DNA from: Catajapyx aquilonaris
Lineage: Eukaryota
Reading direction: 5' to 3'
Assembly (NCBI GenBank): GCA_000934665.2
Contig: JYFJ02000329.1
Span: forward strand, 62,001 to 126,000
DNA: 64,000 bases
Shown: piece by piece, positions 28,395 through 42,226 of the stretch
Position numbering within the stretch: position 1 is the first letter of the stretch
How the letters are laid out: each line of letters begins with the position of its first letter
Translations under genes and position numbers: made by a program
Notes under the pieces: model-generated
Seen by the model: the letters and a program-made list of their open reading frames with translations, nothing else
The model's database searches: none
Told to the model about the DNA's origin: nothing

Positions 28395-31300
28395 TTAAGA
28401 CTTGGATGCCTTTGTTGAACTAGATGACTCCTCTTCCTCCTCAGTTGAGACGTTATCACTCGAGCAACTGCGGGTGTCACCTTTCGGCTACATATTGAAT
28501 GTAAAGAGTTTTGTAAAAATTTGGTATAAAACATGCCTATTGATTTTTGCACATACAATTATACCTTCCCCAAATCCCTGGGTTTACCCGCACCCCCCCC
28601 CNNNNNNCCCCCCCCCCCCCCAGTTCACAAGTCATTGAGGCGTAACTCATACAAAACGTCTAAAACCATTGGCACATGCACTTTCTGTGTTAAATGTTAA
28701 CGCACATCTTTAGGCGGAGGTTATTAATGACCCATACATTTTGTATGAGTTATACCGCAATGACTCACGAGCCGTAGGTATGCATAAGCCCAGTAATTTG
28801 AGGACGTTATTATTTATTAATTATACTCATATAATTGTATGTCAGCAGACACTCACCTTTCCACCTTGGTTGATTGCATCCATCACCACTTTTAGAATAA
28901 AGTATGTCCAAATTATGTGCAGGACTTGCAGAATTAAGAGGAGGCTGGTCAGCAAGAAGTAGGCAGCTGATGTCCCTATTATGGACTGATGGTGATATAT
29001 GACACTGAAAATAATAATAAATTGCATATAAATTATCATGATTCCTGAAGCACAGTTATATCACATACCTATGTAACACCCAAAAGGGATATATGTAAAG
29101 GCGGGAGAATATCCACACAGCAATGAACATCACCAGAATAACCATGCTGGTCTTTTCAAACTTGGAGTAGTGCGCCATTTTTGCACCCTAATAAAACAAA
29201 AGTGTGAACAAAATTGCAGGGTATATTCCTTCCATAACTGACCTCAAGAAAGATATCAGCTGAATCATGAAGGCAAGCAACAATCGCTCCAATGCGGAAG
29301 TAACTGAAGGCCCATGAAACTGATAAAAGGATAATGGTTGCTATGTGGTGTACAAACATCTGCCAGAAATCTTTTCGCTTGATGTCGAAAAACTGGGATG
29401 CAAACAGGGACCAGTAGAAGCCTAATTCTATCAGGTAGTACATCCGGATGGATGTGTCCTCCGCCTGAAAGTGTAACAAATGAATTCATTAGTTTACTCT
29501 CCACTTTTCCAAATGGACTGTCACTGTGGTACTGCAAATCATGATACCAGTAACTATTGTAGAGGCAAGCATCACGTTATGGCTTCCTGGTTAAATAATA
29601 ATATAATTGGTGTACATGGATTCTCCATGCAAAGTACAGATCGGATACAGACTTCTCAAGCTCAGTGTGTCCGTCAAGTACAGTGTTTCCTAAGTGCAGC
29701 CCACAAGTGCATTGTATACAAATCTACATTTTAAGCATTTTACCGGCATTTTACTAAAGAATGAAAATTCCGAATGGGGGTAAACGTAACATTGGTTTGC
29801 CGGATCATTTGCCCTAGTGAAGTTGGCTGCAGAAATTGTTTTCAGAAGATGGAAATGCACTTGTAAACTTACATGGTTGGGATATCCCTTCCAGCAGTCC
29901 TCCAAGTTCCAGAACCAGTGTCTGTTGTATAGGATAGAGAGACTTGACAAGAAGGCAAGTGTGTAGAAGGTGCATCTCCACCCTGACTCTGCATACTTGT
30001 CCAGCACTGAGGGCCGCCCTTGTCTGTGCCTCAACCTTAACCACCTCTCCACTTTCCTCACTTCCCAGTCCACTTGCTTCGACAGGCCAGCAATCTAAAT
30101 GGAGATGTTACGCCCGTATTACAATGCCTGCTGCACCTTTTCAAGCTTTCACCCATTATCCATGCAGAATAATGTAGTCATAAGAGAAATCAACATTGTT
30201 ATTTAAGTAGAAAAACCAACCGCTACAGGGAAAGTTGTGCATTTTTTTAAACTTTCACTACACTACTTTATGTAAGAAGATGTTCTCATTACAGTATTCT
30301 CAGTTTATGCAGAGGCACTACCATATTTATTAACTTCTCTATAACGACAGTGAAACCTGTCTGTACTGAACCATAGATAACAGTGGAAACTTGCCAAATA
30401 AGAAACTCCGTTTGGCCCTGGCACAAGGTTGCTAATGTAACACAAACTGTCAAGTTTGAGAGAATTTGAAAGAATGGAGCAATCCCATTATACACAGGTT
30501 TCACTGTACTGACAAATTATTTGTTATGGTATTACTAAAAAATGACATGCACATTGCAGTGGTCACACAGATGTACCATGAATTTATAACTGATTCTTTA
30601 CTTCGGCAGATTCAAAACTCATTCGTAGCAGGCATCATAGTTGGTCAGTATTCCATAGGATAATTATTTTCTGGTGCATCTATGCAACCTCGTCATTGGC
30701 ATTTGAAAGAGAAAAAGTAATGGTGGACTACATTCCTTGTGATGGTCTCTGAGCCTCCTACTGTGCATAGTTTTAACAAGCAGTGTTGAGTCAGCACAGC
30801 CCTCTACTTGTACCAACAACATGCGAAAATAATTACTAGCATTGCTTTTTTTCAAGCATGCTATCATCCTGCAGATACCAGCATGCTGATAAAATCAAGG
30901 TGGACATGATTACTTAATCACATCATTGTGTTTTTGTATATGGAAGGGCTCCCTCAGAAAAATATGTACATACAATCCCTCCCGAACTCTTAGCATAGCT
31001 GGGTAATCCTCTGCCACACCCAGGGATCACCCTTGGACACCTGACCAAGAGGCAAAAGGATTAATCATTACCGGCTGGGTGACTGTGCTGACCTTTGAGG
31101 ATAAATAACTGGAATAGTGCAAACATGACACAAGTACTAACAATGCCTTTCATAATTGCCATTATCAGCCATGTTAAATCTATATCTGGAAAGATTTTTG
31201 CGGCATTCATGTCCCAATGAATAGCGAGCAACCAACCTGAAAGCATAATTGGATCTGGCCAAAGACAAATTTTCAGATGCTATTCACATTGGTAACCAAG

Positions 31301-32165
31301 AAGCTCTAATTTTCCAAACTACAAAGCTCAAATGCCTAGAGAAAATCTGATGACAGGAGTTATTGCTTGCAATTAGTGCTACATCCTATACATTTTATGG
31401 GAACATGAATTAATGCCATCAAGGATTATCCAGGGTGCAAAAGTAGTGGAGGCAAAGTGATGCAGGCTACAAATTAGCAGGTGCCCATTCTCATACACAC
31501 GAAAGATTTTACCTTCACCTGCAGGCATCCATCTATGCATTGAGAGAATGAGGGGGGGAGGGAATAAAGAGAGAGAGAGATAGAGAGAAAGACGGGGGGG
31601 AGATAAGAAGAGTTTTGTCAGTGTCAATAATCTTACCCGTCACACTGCTCAAACACTACCGACCTCTTTGTGGTCCAACTTGGGGTTGGCCCGATACGCC
31701 GCCTCCAACACCGTGTTGACAACCGGCAGCCTTGGCCTCCGATGATGCAGACCATACAAATGACCCAACGGATGGTACAACAACCTGCAAAAAAACACCA
31801 CATTTTCTCAGCATCGTTCCCGTTGCCCCAATGACCTAGGATATCTATTGATGTCGCAATAAGTGCCTGATAAAATTCAGGCCCTAAGTGTCATTCGCTT
31901 CCAACGGTTAGGAACACCATTGGGCTGTGTACCGTTCAAGTAGCTTCCTGAGCGTGGCCAGCCCAATAGCGATGGCCAGTGGGTAGTACACCAGGTCCAC
32001 CTCCAGCCTCCTGGTCATGCCTGCCTCTGCGACGGTGGTGCTGCTGTCCTCCCCTGCTGCTCCTCCCTGGTTATTGTGGTACGACCTGACCAGCCATGCC
32101 TCCGACTCCCAGAGGCTTCCAAGCAGGGACTCGGACCCGCCGACATCCTCCGCCACTGCCCCCAT
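28395..32165 (-). CDS. Ceramide synthase paralog A (Hox-like plus TLC/Lag1 domain), 7 exons, 385 aa
   Basis: Exons 32165-31933, 31784-31664, 30094-29873, 29464-29243, 29187-29069, 29004-28857, 28487-28395 join in frame (1158 nt). Homeodomain segment LSKQVDWEVRKVERWLRLR. The Lag1p motif RKDFWQMFVHHIAT...LHDSADIFLE is intact. Acidic Ser-rich tail. Confidence 0.92.
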
Positions 32166-34075
32166 TACTCCCCGGCGACTTACACTGCCTTTTGCTCCTC
32201 TTTCTCAACTCAAGTGCACAAGTGTAAGTAAACAGATGGAAAGTGCGCGGGACTTCCGGCGGGAGGCGGCACCAGTCACGTGGGGGGAGTCACCTGACTC
32301 GCCCCCCCCCCCCAGGAGAGCCAACATGCACTCGATTAGTTACGTACGCCCAGGCTGCGCAGGCTCTTTTTTAATTACTTAAATTAATTGCCAGTGGAAT
32401 ATTCGTTCTTGGCACGGACCGGCACGGGCGAACAATAACACTGTGCAGTTTCAGGTTGGCCATTGTGCCGCGGTGCCGTGACCAAATCTTGACAAATAAG
32501 GCAGCCACAAATAAACGAGCAGCAAACGGACAAACAAACAATAATGGAGATACGCATCTGATATGATTGGTTAGCTCCTAGGGTTAGCTGTAGTTCATGT
32601 GATGCGGTTTCGAAGTCCGATGGGTGTTCGTTTATAAACAACAGTGAGGGGGTCAAGTTGTTGTTTACGATTTGGTGACATATTACCCACATATGGCAGC
32701 CTACGAAATGCTGCGGATACTGTAAAGTGAGATCGGTGGTGACATTTATGATGCCTTAAAGTGTCGTAAGGCTGCTTTTGTTTCACAGGAGGATGGACAC
32801 AAAATATATTGTACGTGACCGCAGTACATGCTGCTTTTACAATAGGCAAATTAGTTGTTTGCTTCACATGCTCTAATTTTAGACATGCGGTTTATTTCCT
32901 TTAAGATTTTGCGGCTGTGTAGCTTCCGTCCTCTGAATGAAGTATGATAATAAAGTACAGTAGACCTAGCTACTTTTGTTTGCACCCTGGATCATGGCTA
33001 CATGAATTACCCGTAAGTTTTCTCTAGCTGATTGTTGGATTGAAGCCAGAAGGGTATCAAGAAGCGTGGATTCTTTTCCGGCAGAAATAACTCAAGGAGA
33101 ATGATGAATGGAATCCGCATAAAAACGCGCGTGGGTGGGATGACTCGTCTTCCAGCAGTTCTCCAGATTTCATATAATCAGCAGCAGTTATTATTCTTTC
33201 TTAGGGTGAGTATTTCTTCTAAGACGTCCTTTGATAGTTTTATGTAGGAGGGTCATTTGGTTTCTAAGCCTCGTTACTGAGTGAGATTATTGCCTGTATT
33301 AGGCCCCACTGCATGGTTGATGCTTCACATGATAATAAAGTGATGAGAGTAATCCTCTTGTGCCATTTCTTGGGCTTCTGCTTACGAAAAAAGGTAACCT
33401 AATCATGACCACCTTTCCAGCATAATGCCAGCTAACATTCAGTGCTTCATGACTCATTTTTCCGTAATCACCATTACTAGTTAGGATCCAGCAGAGCATT
33501 TGTCATATGGCATACAGGCATATAGTTACGGCTTGTGCATGCAATACATATAGAATTTTAATCATGTCAGCAACTGATACGTTTATTAATAGCGTAAATA
33601 GCCTATATCTAACACATCGCACCACATGTCTAAAATCCCTGGTTTACGGGTGCTATTCGCTGGTTTACGTGTCGATATGCCCAGTATAATCTTTCTCTGC
33701 CGCAGTAGTGGTAAAATAATCAAAACGCCAAAACTATGTGTCGTAGTCGTAATAACGTGGTGCAGATATAGTTCAGTATGATTGAAATAAAATATTGTAT
33801 ATTGGACAAGAGATCAGGAAAACTAGCACCCTGTGCACATATAGAAACGAGATATGTTCAGTCGACATTTTATGCTGTATCAATTATTACAGATTAAATC
33901 TATAGCATCTAGGTGGTTCATATTACAAGTACAGTATACAAAACCTTTTCCTTATGGTTCCTTTATGTTCCCTTTTCCGTCCCTGTGTAACGGCCAGTAC
34001 CAGATTTGATAATAACCACACTCCGTCCGTACATGTGAATATGATTGCTAGTAAGGACATCTCCTATTCGAATTG

Positions 34076-34979
34076 TTATTCCTCCAGATCCTCGTCGCTT
34101 GAACAACTTCGGGCGTCTCCTTTTGCCTATAATATGAAGAAAGTGCAGCAATTTCGGCATATTCATAATTTTTTGCTGTAAATGAGACACTTACCTTTCC
34201 GCCATGTTTAAAACATCTGGCACCACTTTAAAAATGAAATATGTCCAAAATATGTGAAGGACTTGGAGGACTACAAGGAGGCATACCCATGGGAGACTGA
34301 TGGCATGTCAGCACCTCAGGCACGACACTGCCAAGAAATGCGGTGTGAATTTTTGATAATTCAATTAATGTCGTGGTATCGATACATAATTTATATATCT
34401 CGTACTGTACCTGTGTAGAATCCAAAATGGGTACATGTAAAGACGAGTCAACATCCACACTACAACAAAGACGGCAAAGACGACAGAGCTAGTGTTTTCA
34501 AACTTGGAATAGTGGGCCATTTTTGTAGAAGAGCATGCTGAAACCAAGTGTTCCATGCTAGCATTGAAAATCGTGCATATTTTTGTACCGTGCCATAAGC
34601 CCATAACTCTCCAGCTGGCATGACGCTAAGCAGGGTTTGCATGATCCAATCTTTTATCCTACAGTATTGGGTTTTTAGGGCCGGTATAGTTTTGGGTTGG
34701 ACTATTATCAGAAGAGCTGGGAAAATTCTTCAAAGACCAGCTACCCAAGAGACACATTCATACCGTTCGAGCAGCTTCCTGAGAATGGCCAGTCCGATGG
34801 CCATGGCCAAAGGGTATAGTAGACCAGATCCACCTCCAACCTGCTGTCGGATGGTATGTGCTGCTGCCCTTTATTCCTCCACCGCACTTGTCCCTTACAA
34901 CGTATGACCTAATCCTGATGCCCCAGAGGGTGCCAACATCCAGCTCCGACGCTTCAACATCTTCCGAAATCAGCACCAT
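34076..34979 (-). pseudogene. Ceramide synthase paralog B pseudogene (exons 2-4 deleted, several frameshifts)
   Basis: The exon 1 homolog (34979-34764) has two frameshifts, for example tactataccct versus tactaccct in paralog C. Only ~240 nt separate it from the exon 5 homolog (TKMAHYSKFENTS...), whose AG acceptor is lost. The exon 6 homolog has two frameshifts. Exon 7 (AKGDARSCSSDEDLEE*) is at 34126-34076. Confidence 0.88.
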
Positions 34980-36660
34980 GTTTTTATTCTCCAACATCCA
35001 CCAGACGTATATACCGTTACACACGAACATTTCCAGGGTATACCAGTTTGGGTCTGCACCTGTATCACTTCAATATACCCATTCAATAATATGACCTCGC
35101 ATGCCGTCATCAGAGATTCATTGTTGTTCTAGCTATTCATGCGCATCTACATTTTTGTGCATCAGTATACGAGGAAATTCAGAAGCTTCGTCACGTCGAA
35201 TAGGATCTAACTGACAAAGGCTGGTAGCAAGCGAGAATTATTGTCACACTGATGCTTAAATATCAGGTCTGATTTTATTACAAGTAGATGTAGTAGACAT
35301 AGTTACTGAGATGAATTAAGTGTTGCATGCTGCTGCCTCCAATATAAATCAGGAAGGTTAAAACTGGAAGTCCTATACGATTCTGTGAGGACGATATGAG
35401 TAGGCCTATAATACCGAAGGACGCCGTTGACCAGTCTGATTCATTCCGTATCGACCAAAAGCCAATCTTCGAGGTCGAAAATGATATGGAGTTCAGGCTG
35501 TCTGGTAGACAGAGTATTACGCAATGATTTGCATAAAATTCTAAACCGATAGCATGCCTACGTATACAATGCATTCGCGTCCATCTTCCCATGAGCAGCA
35601 CATACAAGCATGCAAGAAATCAAAGAAACCATCACACATAGAAAGGAGATATTTTCCCCACTGTACATCAAGAAGAATCTCCAGATAGAATCTCCAGTAT
35701 ATTACAGGCGGTTTTATTTCTGAAAACATTTGGAATTTTTCCATCCTAGTATAATATAGGAAACACTAGATTTTCTGACTACAGCACGTTCCTTTATGAA
35801 CAACATATTATTGCGACACAAAGCAGCTCCAGATACTCCAAAGCGGTGATATCTTAGCTTGAACAACTTGCTACATCAAGGGTTCAAACCTGACCCAAAT
35901 AATGGCATGGAATGGCCATAAATATTTATCCGATATGACGATGTTGATCCGTGTTTATCACGTACAATCATAACAGCACATTCCCAAGTTCGCACATAAC
36001 AGCATATTCCCAAGTTCGAACAAAATACATTACTCTAGCTGTCCGGCTTTGAAAACGTTGGCAGTAAATGCGTAGTTTTTTAGGAATAATTTTTCATTCT
36101 AAATATGGTACTTTCCAAAGATATCTCAGGCATTTGCAGGGTATTTAATATCTGCCTGTGAATTAAAATTGAGCGTTTTAAAATGTTCGTGATTATGGCA
36201 CTTATTGACAAAGCTGCAATGGTTTTTGAGTGAGGTTCTCGCACCACGTCTCCCGTAGAGACGATGCCAGATATTTCTGGATTAGCATACAAAAGCATCA
36301 ATGTGAAGAAATATCTGACACATTCATAAAAGTTCGACAAACCATTTGACTTTTTAATAATTAAATGAAATGTCGGACATTCCGATAAAAACATACGATA
36401 TTAATCCAAAATTCACCCGATTATCCGATCCTTTGTAATATATTATCAACATATAGTTAATGCAATGCAACATTTTAGGTCAAATACTGTATTTTTGAGC
36501 TGAGGTCAAAGGACGTCACAGCCTTTGATGTAGGGCTATCATAAGTGATCAAAGTGTAAAGTTGGGGAAAAAAATCACATTTTGGTAATCGTACAAGCTC
36601 AATTATTGGCAACTACCGATTTTTCCACATTATTTTGATTCCGTGCAGGTCCGGCTCTGA

Positions 36661-39330
36661 CTATTCCTCCAGATCCTCCTCAGAAGCGACGTCGTCGCTT
36701 GAACTTCTGGCGTCGCCCTTCGCCTGCGTCAACAATTTTGGTAAATAAACTATTTTTTTCCTTAAATAAAGAGGAACTCACCTTTCCACCGTGTGTAGCA
36801 ACATCTGGCAACACTTTAAGAATGAAGTAAGTCCAAAAAATGTGAAGGACTTGGAGGACTAGGAGGAGACCTACTGCCACAAAACCCGCGAAAGACTGGC
36901 ATATCAGCGCTTGGTGTATGGCACTGCCAAGAAATGTTGTGTAATTTTTTGAGAATAAGGCATGGGTGGTTTATACTGTACCTGTTTATAACCCAAAATG
37001 GGTATATGTAAAGACGAGTAAACATCCACACTAAAACGAAGCCGGCAAAGGCTGCAGCGCTAGTATTTTCAAACTTGGAATAGTGAGCCATTTTTGTACT
37101 CTGAAATTAAAGAAAACGTTGTAAGCACTTGTGAACCAGGAGTAAGATTATTTTGCATGTTCCATTACTTACCTCAAGGAATATGTCGGCTGAGTCGTGT
37201 AGGCAAGCAACAATGGATCCGATACGAAAGTATTTGAAGGCCCAGGAAACTGACAAGAGAGCAATAGTTGCAATGTGGTGCATGAACATCTGCCAGAAAT
37301 CTTTTCTCTTGGTGTCGAAGAACTGGGATGCAAACTGGGACCAGTAGAAGCCCAATTCCATCAGGTAGTATATATGGATGGATATATCCACATCCTACAC
37401 AAGAGAATTATATAATTATACAGTTTACAACATAATCAGTAGACTATACCTAAGGAAGGATTTGTTAGGATTATATTTGTGGCACAGTTGCTTCTGCACA
37501 TCAAAGATAAGTTGCCTTGTCCCTCTAACTCGCTGTTGTATCGCCACTGTTCCATAGAATCACCAGAGTTAATGATTACCTAATTTGTCAGCTGCACGAC
37601 ACACCCATGCAGCTGGGAATAATTATAAAACGCATGCCTGTAATGTCCAGGTGTGTGGTACACTTGTAAACATATAAGTTTAATTGACAAATGGCTTTTA
37701 AATTTTGTCTCTCTACAAGGTAGAAGGTTTGGGTCTGTACAGTTTGTCATTGTTGTCAGCTGCAGATGTTATAATACAATATATTTGATATATATTACTG
37801 AACTACAGCAGCAGGCATGATGTAAATCAACTCATATTAATTTTATTGCCTGTAACATATATCAAATAATTGTATTGTATGTTATAACATCTGCAGCTGA
37901 TAAAATGACAAACTGTACAGCCACAAACCTTGTGCCTTGTACAGTACACTGGCAGGGGGAAAATAATCTCACCTGGTAGGGATAGCCCTTCCAGCACTCA
38001 TCCACATTCCAGAACCAGTGTCTGTTGTGCAGAATATAGAACCCGAACACAAAGGCCAGGGTGTAGAAGGTGAACTTCCATCCTGACTCTGCAAACTTAT
38101 CCAGCACTGAAGGTCTGTCCTGTCTCCGTCTAATTCTCAGCCATCTCTCCACTTTCCGAACATCCCAATCCACTTGCTTCGATAGGCCAGTAATCTACAC
38201 ATTGGCAAGACAGTCACGGAAATGGAATTAATTGCATAACAACTTATGAAACATCCTTATTTTTGAACAAGATATTTATGATGATTACTACGACAACGTG
38301 TACGGTACTAACCTCCTTTTGGCTCAATTTGTGTTTGGAACTATAAGCTGCCTCCAAAACCTGATTGGACAAAGGTTGCCTCCGCTTTTGTTGACGTAAG
38401 CCTAAGAGACGTCCAGCGGGATAAAACAACGTTCTGCAAACAAATGTGCAATGTTGTAATTTGAACTTAGCTTAATTTTGCTTCCACATTTCTTTTAGCT
38501 GACAGGGTGCGTGACACACTACAGAGCTACGGCACGCACATCTTCGCGGCTCCCACATAAACACCATGTTCCCATTCCATACTGGTCGGTACCAGCCAGC
38601 GCACATAAAAAATGCCGTGTTGTATCACTCTTATTGCAGTCGTATACATATTACGTAATAACATTTTTTGAACTCCCGCTCCTTTTCTCGTTATAGCCTA
38701 CTCAAGTATCGCTCAATAATTGCAGCAAAATTAGCGTAAGTCGGAACTTAACAAATCGGAGTATTGTCTACAAATAGGCATGAAGCGTAGGCTACATTAT
38801 GTTAGAGAGTGAGCAGAGCCTCTTATTTATTTCCTGCTCAAGTACAGGTAATGCATAGTCCAGGCAGTTATCCTTCCTTCGAGCTTGTTATAGGGAACGA
38901 ATCATGCACTACGCGGAAAGTTCTAGAGAAATGCAATATTTTTTTCCTGTTTATAAGAAAGCAATGATGACGCACACATTTGCACTGGAGGCTATGATTT
39001 TCAAGAAAAAATGGGCGAAATGCTGTACTGTATGGAATAAGAATATGCTGTATGTAGGCTACTTTTTTCGTACACTGCAGTATAATTTCCTTCTTTTAAA
39101 AAACATCTCTGCAAGAGATCATACCGATCAAGCAGCTTCCTAAGAATGGTCAATCCTACAGCAATGGCCAAAGGGTAGTAAACCAGGTCCACCTCCAGCC
39201 TCCTATTCCAGTTATCGGTAGTTTTGTCCTCTCCTCCTGCTGCACATACAAAGTGTGATCTGACCCTAATGCCCCATAGTGTTCCAAATTCAAACTGCGA
39301 TCCACCCACATCCTCTTCAACAACCTCCAT
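36661..39330 (-). CDS. Ceramide synthase paralog C (Hox-like plus TLC/Lag1 domain), 7 exons, 364 aa
   Basis: Exons 39330-39125, 38433-38313, 38194-37973, 37394-37173, 37100-36982, 36923-36782, 36723-36661 join in frame (1095 nt). Intron positions match paralog A. RKDFWQMFMHHIAT...LHDSADIFLE is intact. Confidence 0.92.
37715..37940. repeat. Imperfect inverted repeat (~75-bp arms) in intron 3 of CerS paralog C
   Basis: ctgtacagtttgtcattgttgtcagctgcagatgttataatacaata pairs with tattgtatgttataacatctgcagctgataaaatgacaaactgtacag, and the match extends outward through acaagg...ggtttg. Confidence 0.75.
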
Positions 39331-42047
39331 AGTTCCTTGCACAACCCTACACACTCACACTGATTAAAGCATCCAGTAAAAGAACATTTTTCACTCCACC
39401 AGCTCCATTCCAGCACTCCCTCACTTCACAATTCACTCGCAACCACTACACCGGTTTAACCTTGTGAGTTTTTACACGCAGACGTCTCCCATGGTCATTC
39501 TCGGTCCGGATAGGCCTATTTTTCTCGCATATCTCGCAACAACATCCGGTGTCAAACAGGAGATACCATGGACCTTGACTGGAGTACTTTTCTGGGATGG
39601 GGCATTACCGGTGACCCCTCGGCGTGTGTGTGTTGGAACTGTCGCCAGCATAGGCCGTCTGCCACATCCCCGGGGGGTGGGAGGGTCGGGGAGGTCTCTG
39701 ATCCGCTTCTTCCACATGATAGGCTAAATAGAAGTGAGGCCGGCCGCATCACCTTGGGGGCAGAAGATGGCATGCACTTCAAGTAGACGTGGGATGCAAT
39801 GATACGAATGCCTTGGGAATAATCTTAAGCATTTATATAGGCTATTGACGGTGGGCAATCACGTCAGGTAGGCTATCGTATAGGGAAACAAAAATGTGCA
39901 AGGACGAGAGTAGGCATGTGCAGGAAATAAACTGCCATTATGGTTCGATTATCGTTCAATTTATGCGTGGTTACCATTTGTGAGACTTTTAATGGATTAC
40001 ACATCAATTGTTATGAGCTTATGGCCAGGTGCAAATAGGCTAATGACTGATTGTACCAGAGCCTGCAATGAAATGTATAGTAGCTTTATACTGCGTGTTT
40101 CATAATTACGTTTACATTTTTTATCGGCAGAAATGTCACGTCCGTATACATTGCAGCAGGGGCGTTTGTCCACAATGCGACAAATAATTACAAATTGCTA
40201 TGCTATAAATAAACTGTTTCAGTCGTGGATTGTTTATCCCAGCAACCAGTTTAAATCAATAGAAATCGAAGGAGACGTGGATGACTGTATGTTATTGCTT
40301 CCAAAAAGTTTATTCCTTCAAATGCAGTGAACCAAGGGGTTAACCACTCGACTGTCAAGTGTACACTGGAGTACCAAATTCAAAGAGTACCAAGGAGTAC
40401 AAAGAGTAGGCTACCTTGCAGTACCACTGCAGGTGTACTGTACACCGGAGTACCGAAATAGTTAACCCCTTGGAGTGAACAATCCACAACCTTCCGACTC
40501 ACTTATTGATCTACGAACTTGAATTGTGCACTAACCTGAATTCAATATAGTGACGTGTTTTTATGCTTATTCATACATGATTGATATTTCCCGATAATAC
40601 AATATTTTTACTTATCATTATTCTGTATATTTTATAGCCCATAACTTCTGACCTGCTTGGTAACACCAGAAGAGACTTAATTGTGCGTTTGTGCATTACA
40701 GGACAAAACTAATGAGAACATACTGTATAACACGGAAAACCCTAATGATGTATTTATCCAAGTGCATTAGTCTATGAGAAAATAGTCTACTATGTAGGGT
40801 CCTACCTTTTATCGCAGGTACTTTCATTGACAATGTAGGCCTCTGCTGGGCCGGTGAAGAATGCCAAGTTCCCTCCGACTGGGGCTATAATCGCCTCCCA
40901 CGGCCTTGTCCCACAAACAAGTAAGTATAGTCAGAACGCACACCGTGTATCCAGTCACATTCACCTGTCAGGGCCAGACGAGCGATTACAATATATTTTT
41001 TATACTCTTACTTATGTTAGAAAGGATAATAAAAGAGAGACACAGCAGCGATAGTAGAGCAAACTATGCCCTGCATATATTGGCGTTTACCTGGCAAGTT
41101 GCACTTAATTAGGCCATTGTTTTATGCAGCTGGTTTAATCATTAGCTGGAAGGATCGAACCTGGAGATATTAAGATTATACTGCAGAGAACATAAATTAT
41201 TATTGTGGAGCAATACTGCGCATTGCGTATGTTCCGCCTATCACATGTCATATGTTATAGTCATAAGGTTGAATTTCCGATTAGTTAAATTATCAATAGC
41301 TATGAAAGAAAAAAAGGAAAAGGGTTTAAATATCTCTAGAAATATTTCATATACAGTATACACAGCCATCGACCCATGGTGTTGAGGAAAATAGCTCATG
41401 TCCTAAAAGGGATTGCATAATTTTATTTAATTTTATGAGGACTATCCAAGCCAAGAAGTAGTAAAGTGCAGTAGGCCCACTGGATGACAGGTGCGTGATC
41501 AACCCTCTGCATGACCTGCATCGTGATCCTGCAATATGCAATTTTAAAAATGTATATGTGATCGGATAGCATATCACGACTAGGAACACCCCCGTCCTCA
41601 TTAGACCCAAAGCCAAAGCCCTTATGTTGATTATACTCCACCCACCGTTCAATAGTACCATGCACGCATATAATCTAACCAGTTGGCACTCTCCACCCTA
41701 CAAAAAAACGGATATCCTATTGTGCGTGTAGGCGAATCAAAGAGCAAAAGTCTGCACCTTTCATTCCCACATCCCATATGCAGAATTTGAATCCCACGTG
41801 TGGCCAGGGATTGGTCCACTTGGATCACGACTTGGATATTCGCGAAGGTTACTCTCAAGAGGGCAGTCCTCGAGCATGAAGCTAGAGAGAGGTGGGGGGA
41901 AAAAAAGAGTTAAGCGATTCCCATTTTGTGTGCGAAGTTCCGTGCAATGGCTGCCATACTTATCGTGACGACCGGCGGATAAGCTAATCACCAGCATGTG
42001 CTAGTTTGTCGCTGTTTTGTGCCGGTCGTTTTAATTAGTGTCGGATC

Positions 42048-42226
42048 ATGGATGTGGTAGCAGGGGTGTACCAGTGGGTGTATGACAAATTTTGGGACAA
42101 GAGGGTGTGGATATCGCCCCATTCGACATGGGAGGAGGTGGAGAAGTACAGGACTCTTGGAGATGTGTTTGTGATACCGATCAGCGCGGCTTTGATTATG
42201 CTACTTACTAGGTTCCTATTAGAAAG
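42048..42226 (+). CDS. Alternative first coding exon (1a) of ceramide synthase D
   Basis: MDVVAGVYQWVYDKFWDKRVWISPHSTWEEV...LIMLLTRFLLER is homologous to the CerS N-terminus (FW..VW.P...W, TM1, ER). It ends in phase 2 at a GTGGGT donor, compatible with exon 2 at 46487. No other CerS exons lie between it and exon 1b. Confidence 0.8.

Noticed and set aside
28592..28621. Poly-C tract with Ns (also an N at 62933)
   Set aside because: These are sequencing or assembly uncertainties in or beside homopolymers.
39464..39786. Several overlapping short ORFs upstream of CerS C
   Set aside because: This is a GC-rich promoter-like patch with no protein similarity.
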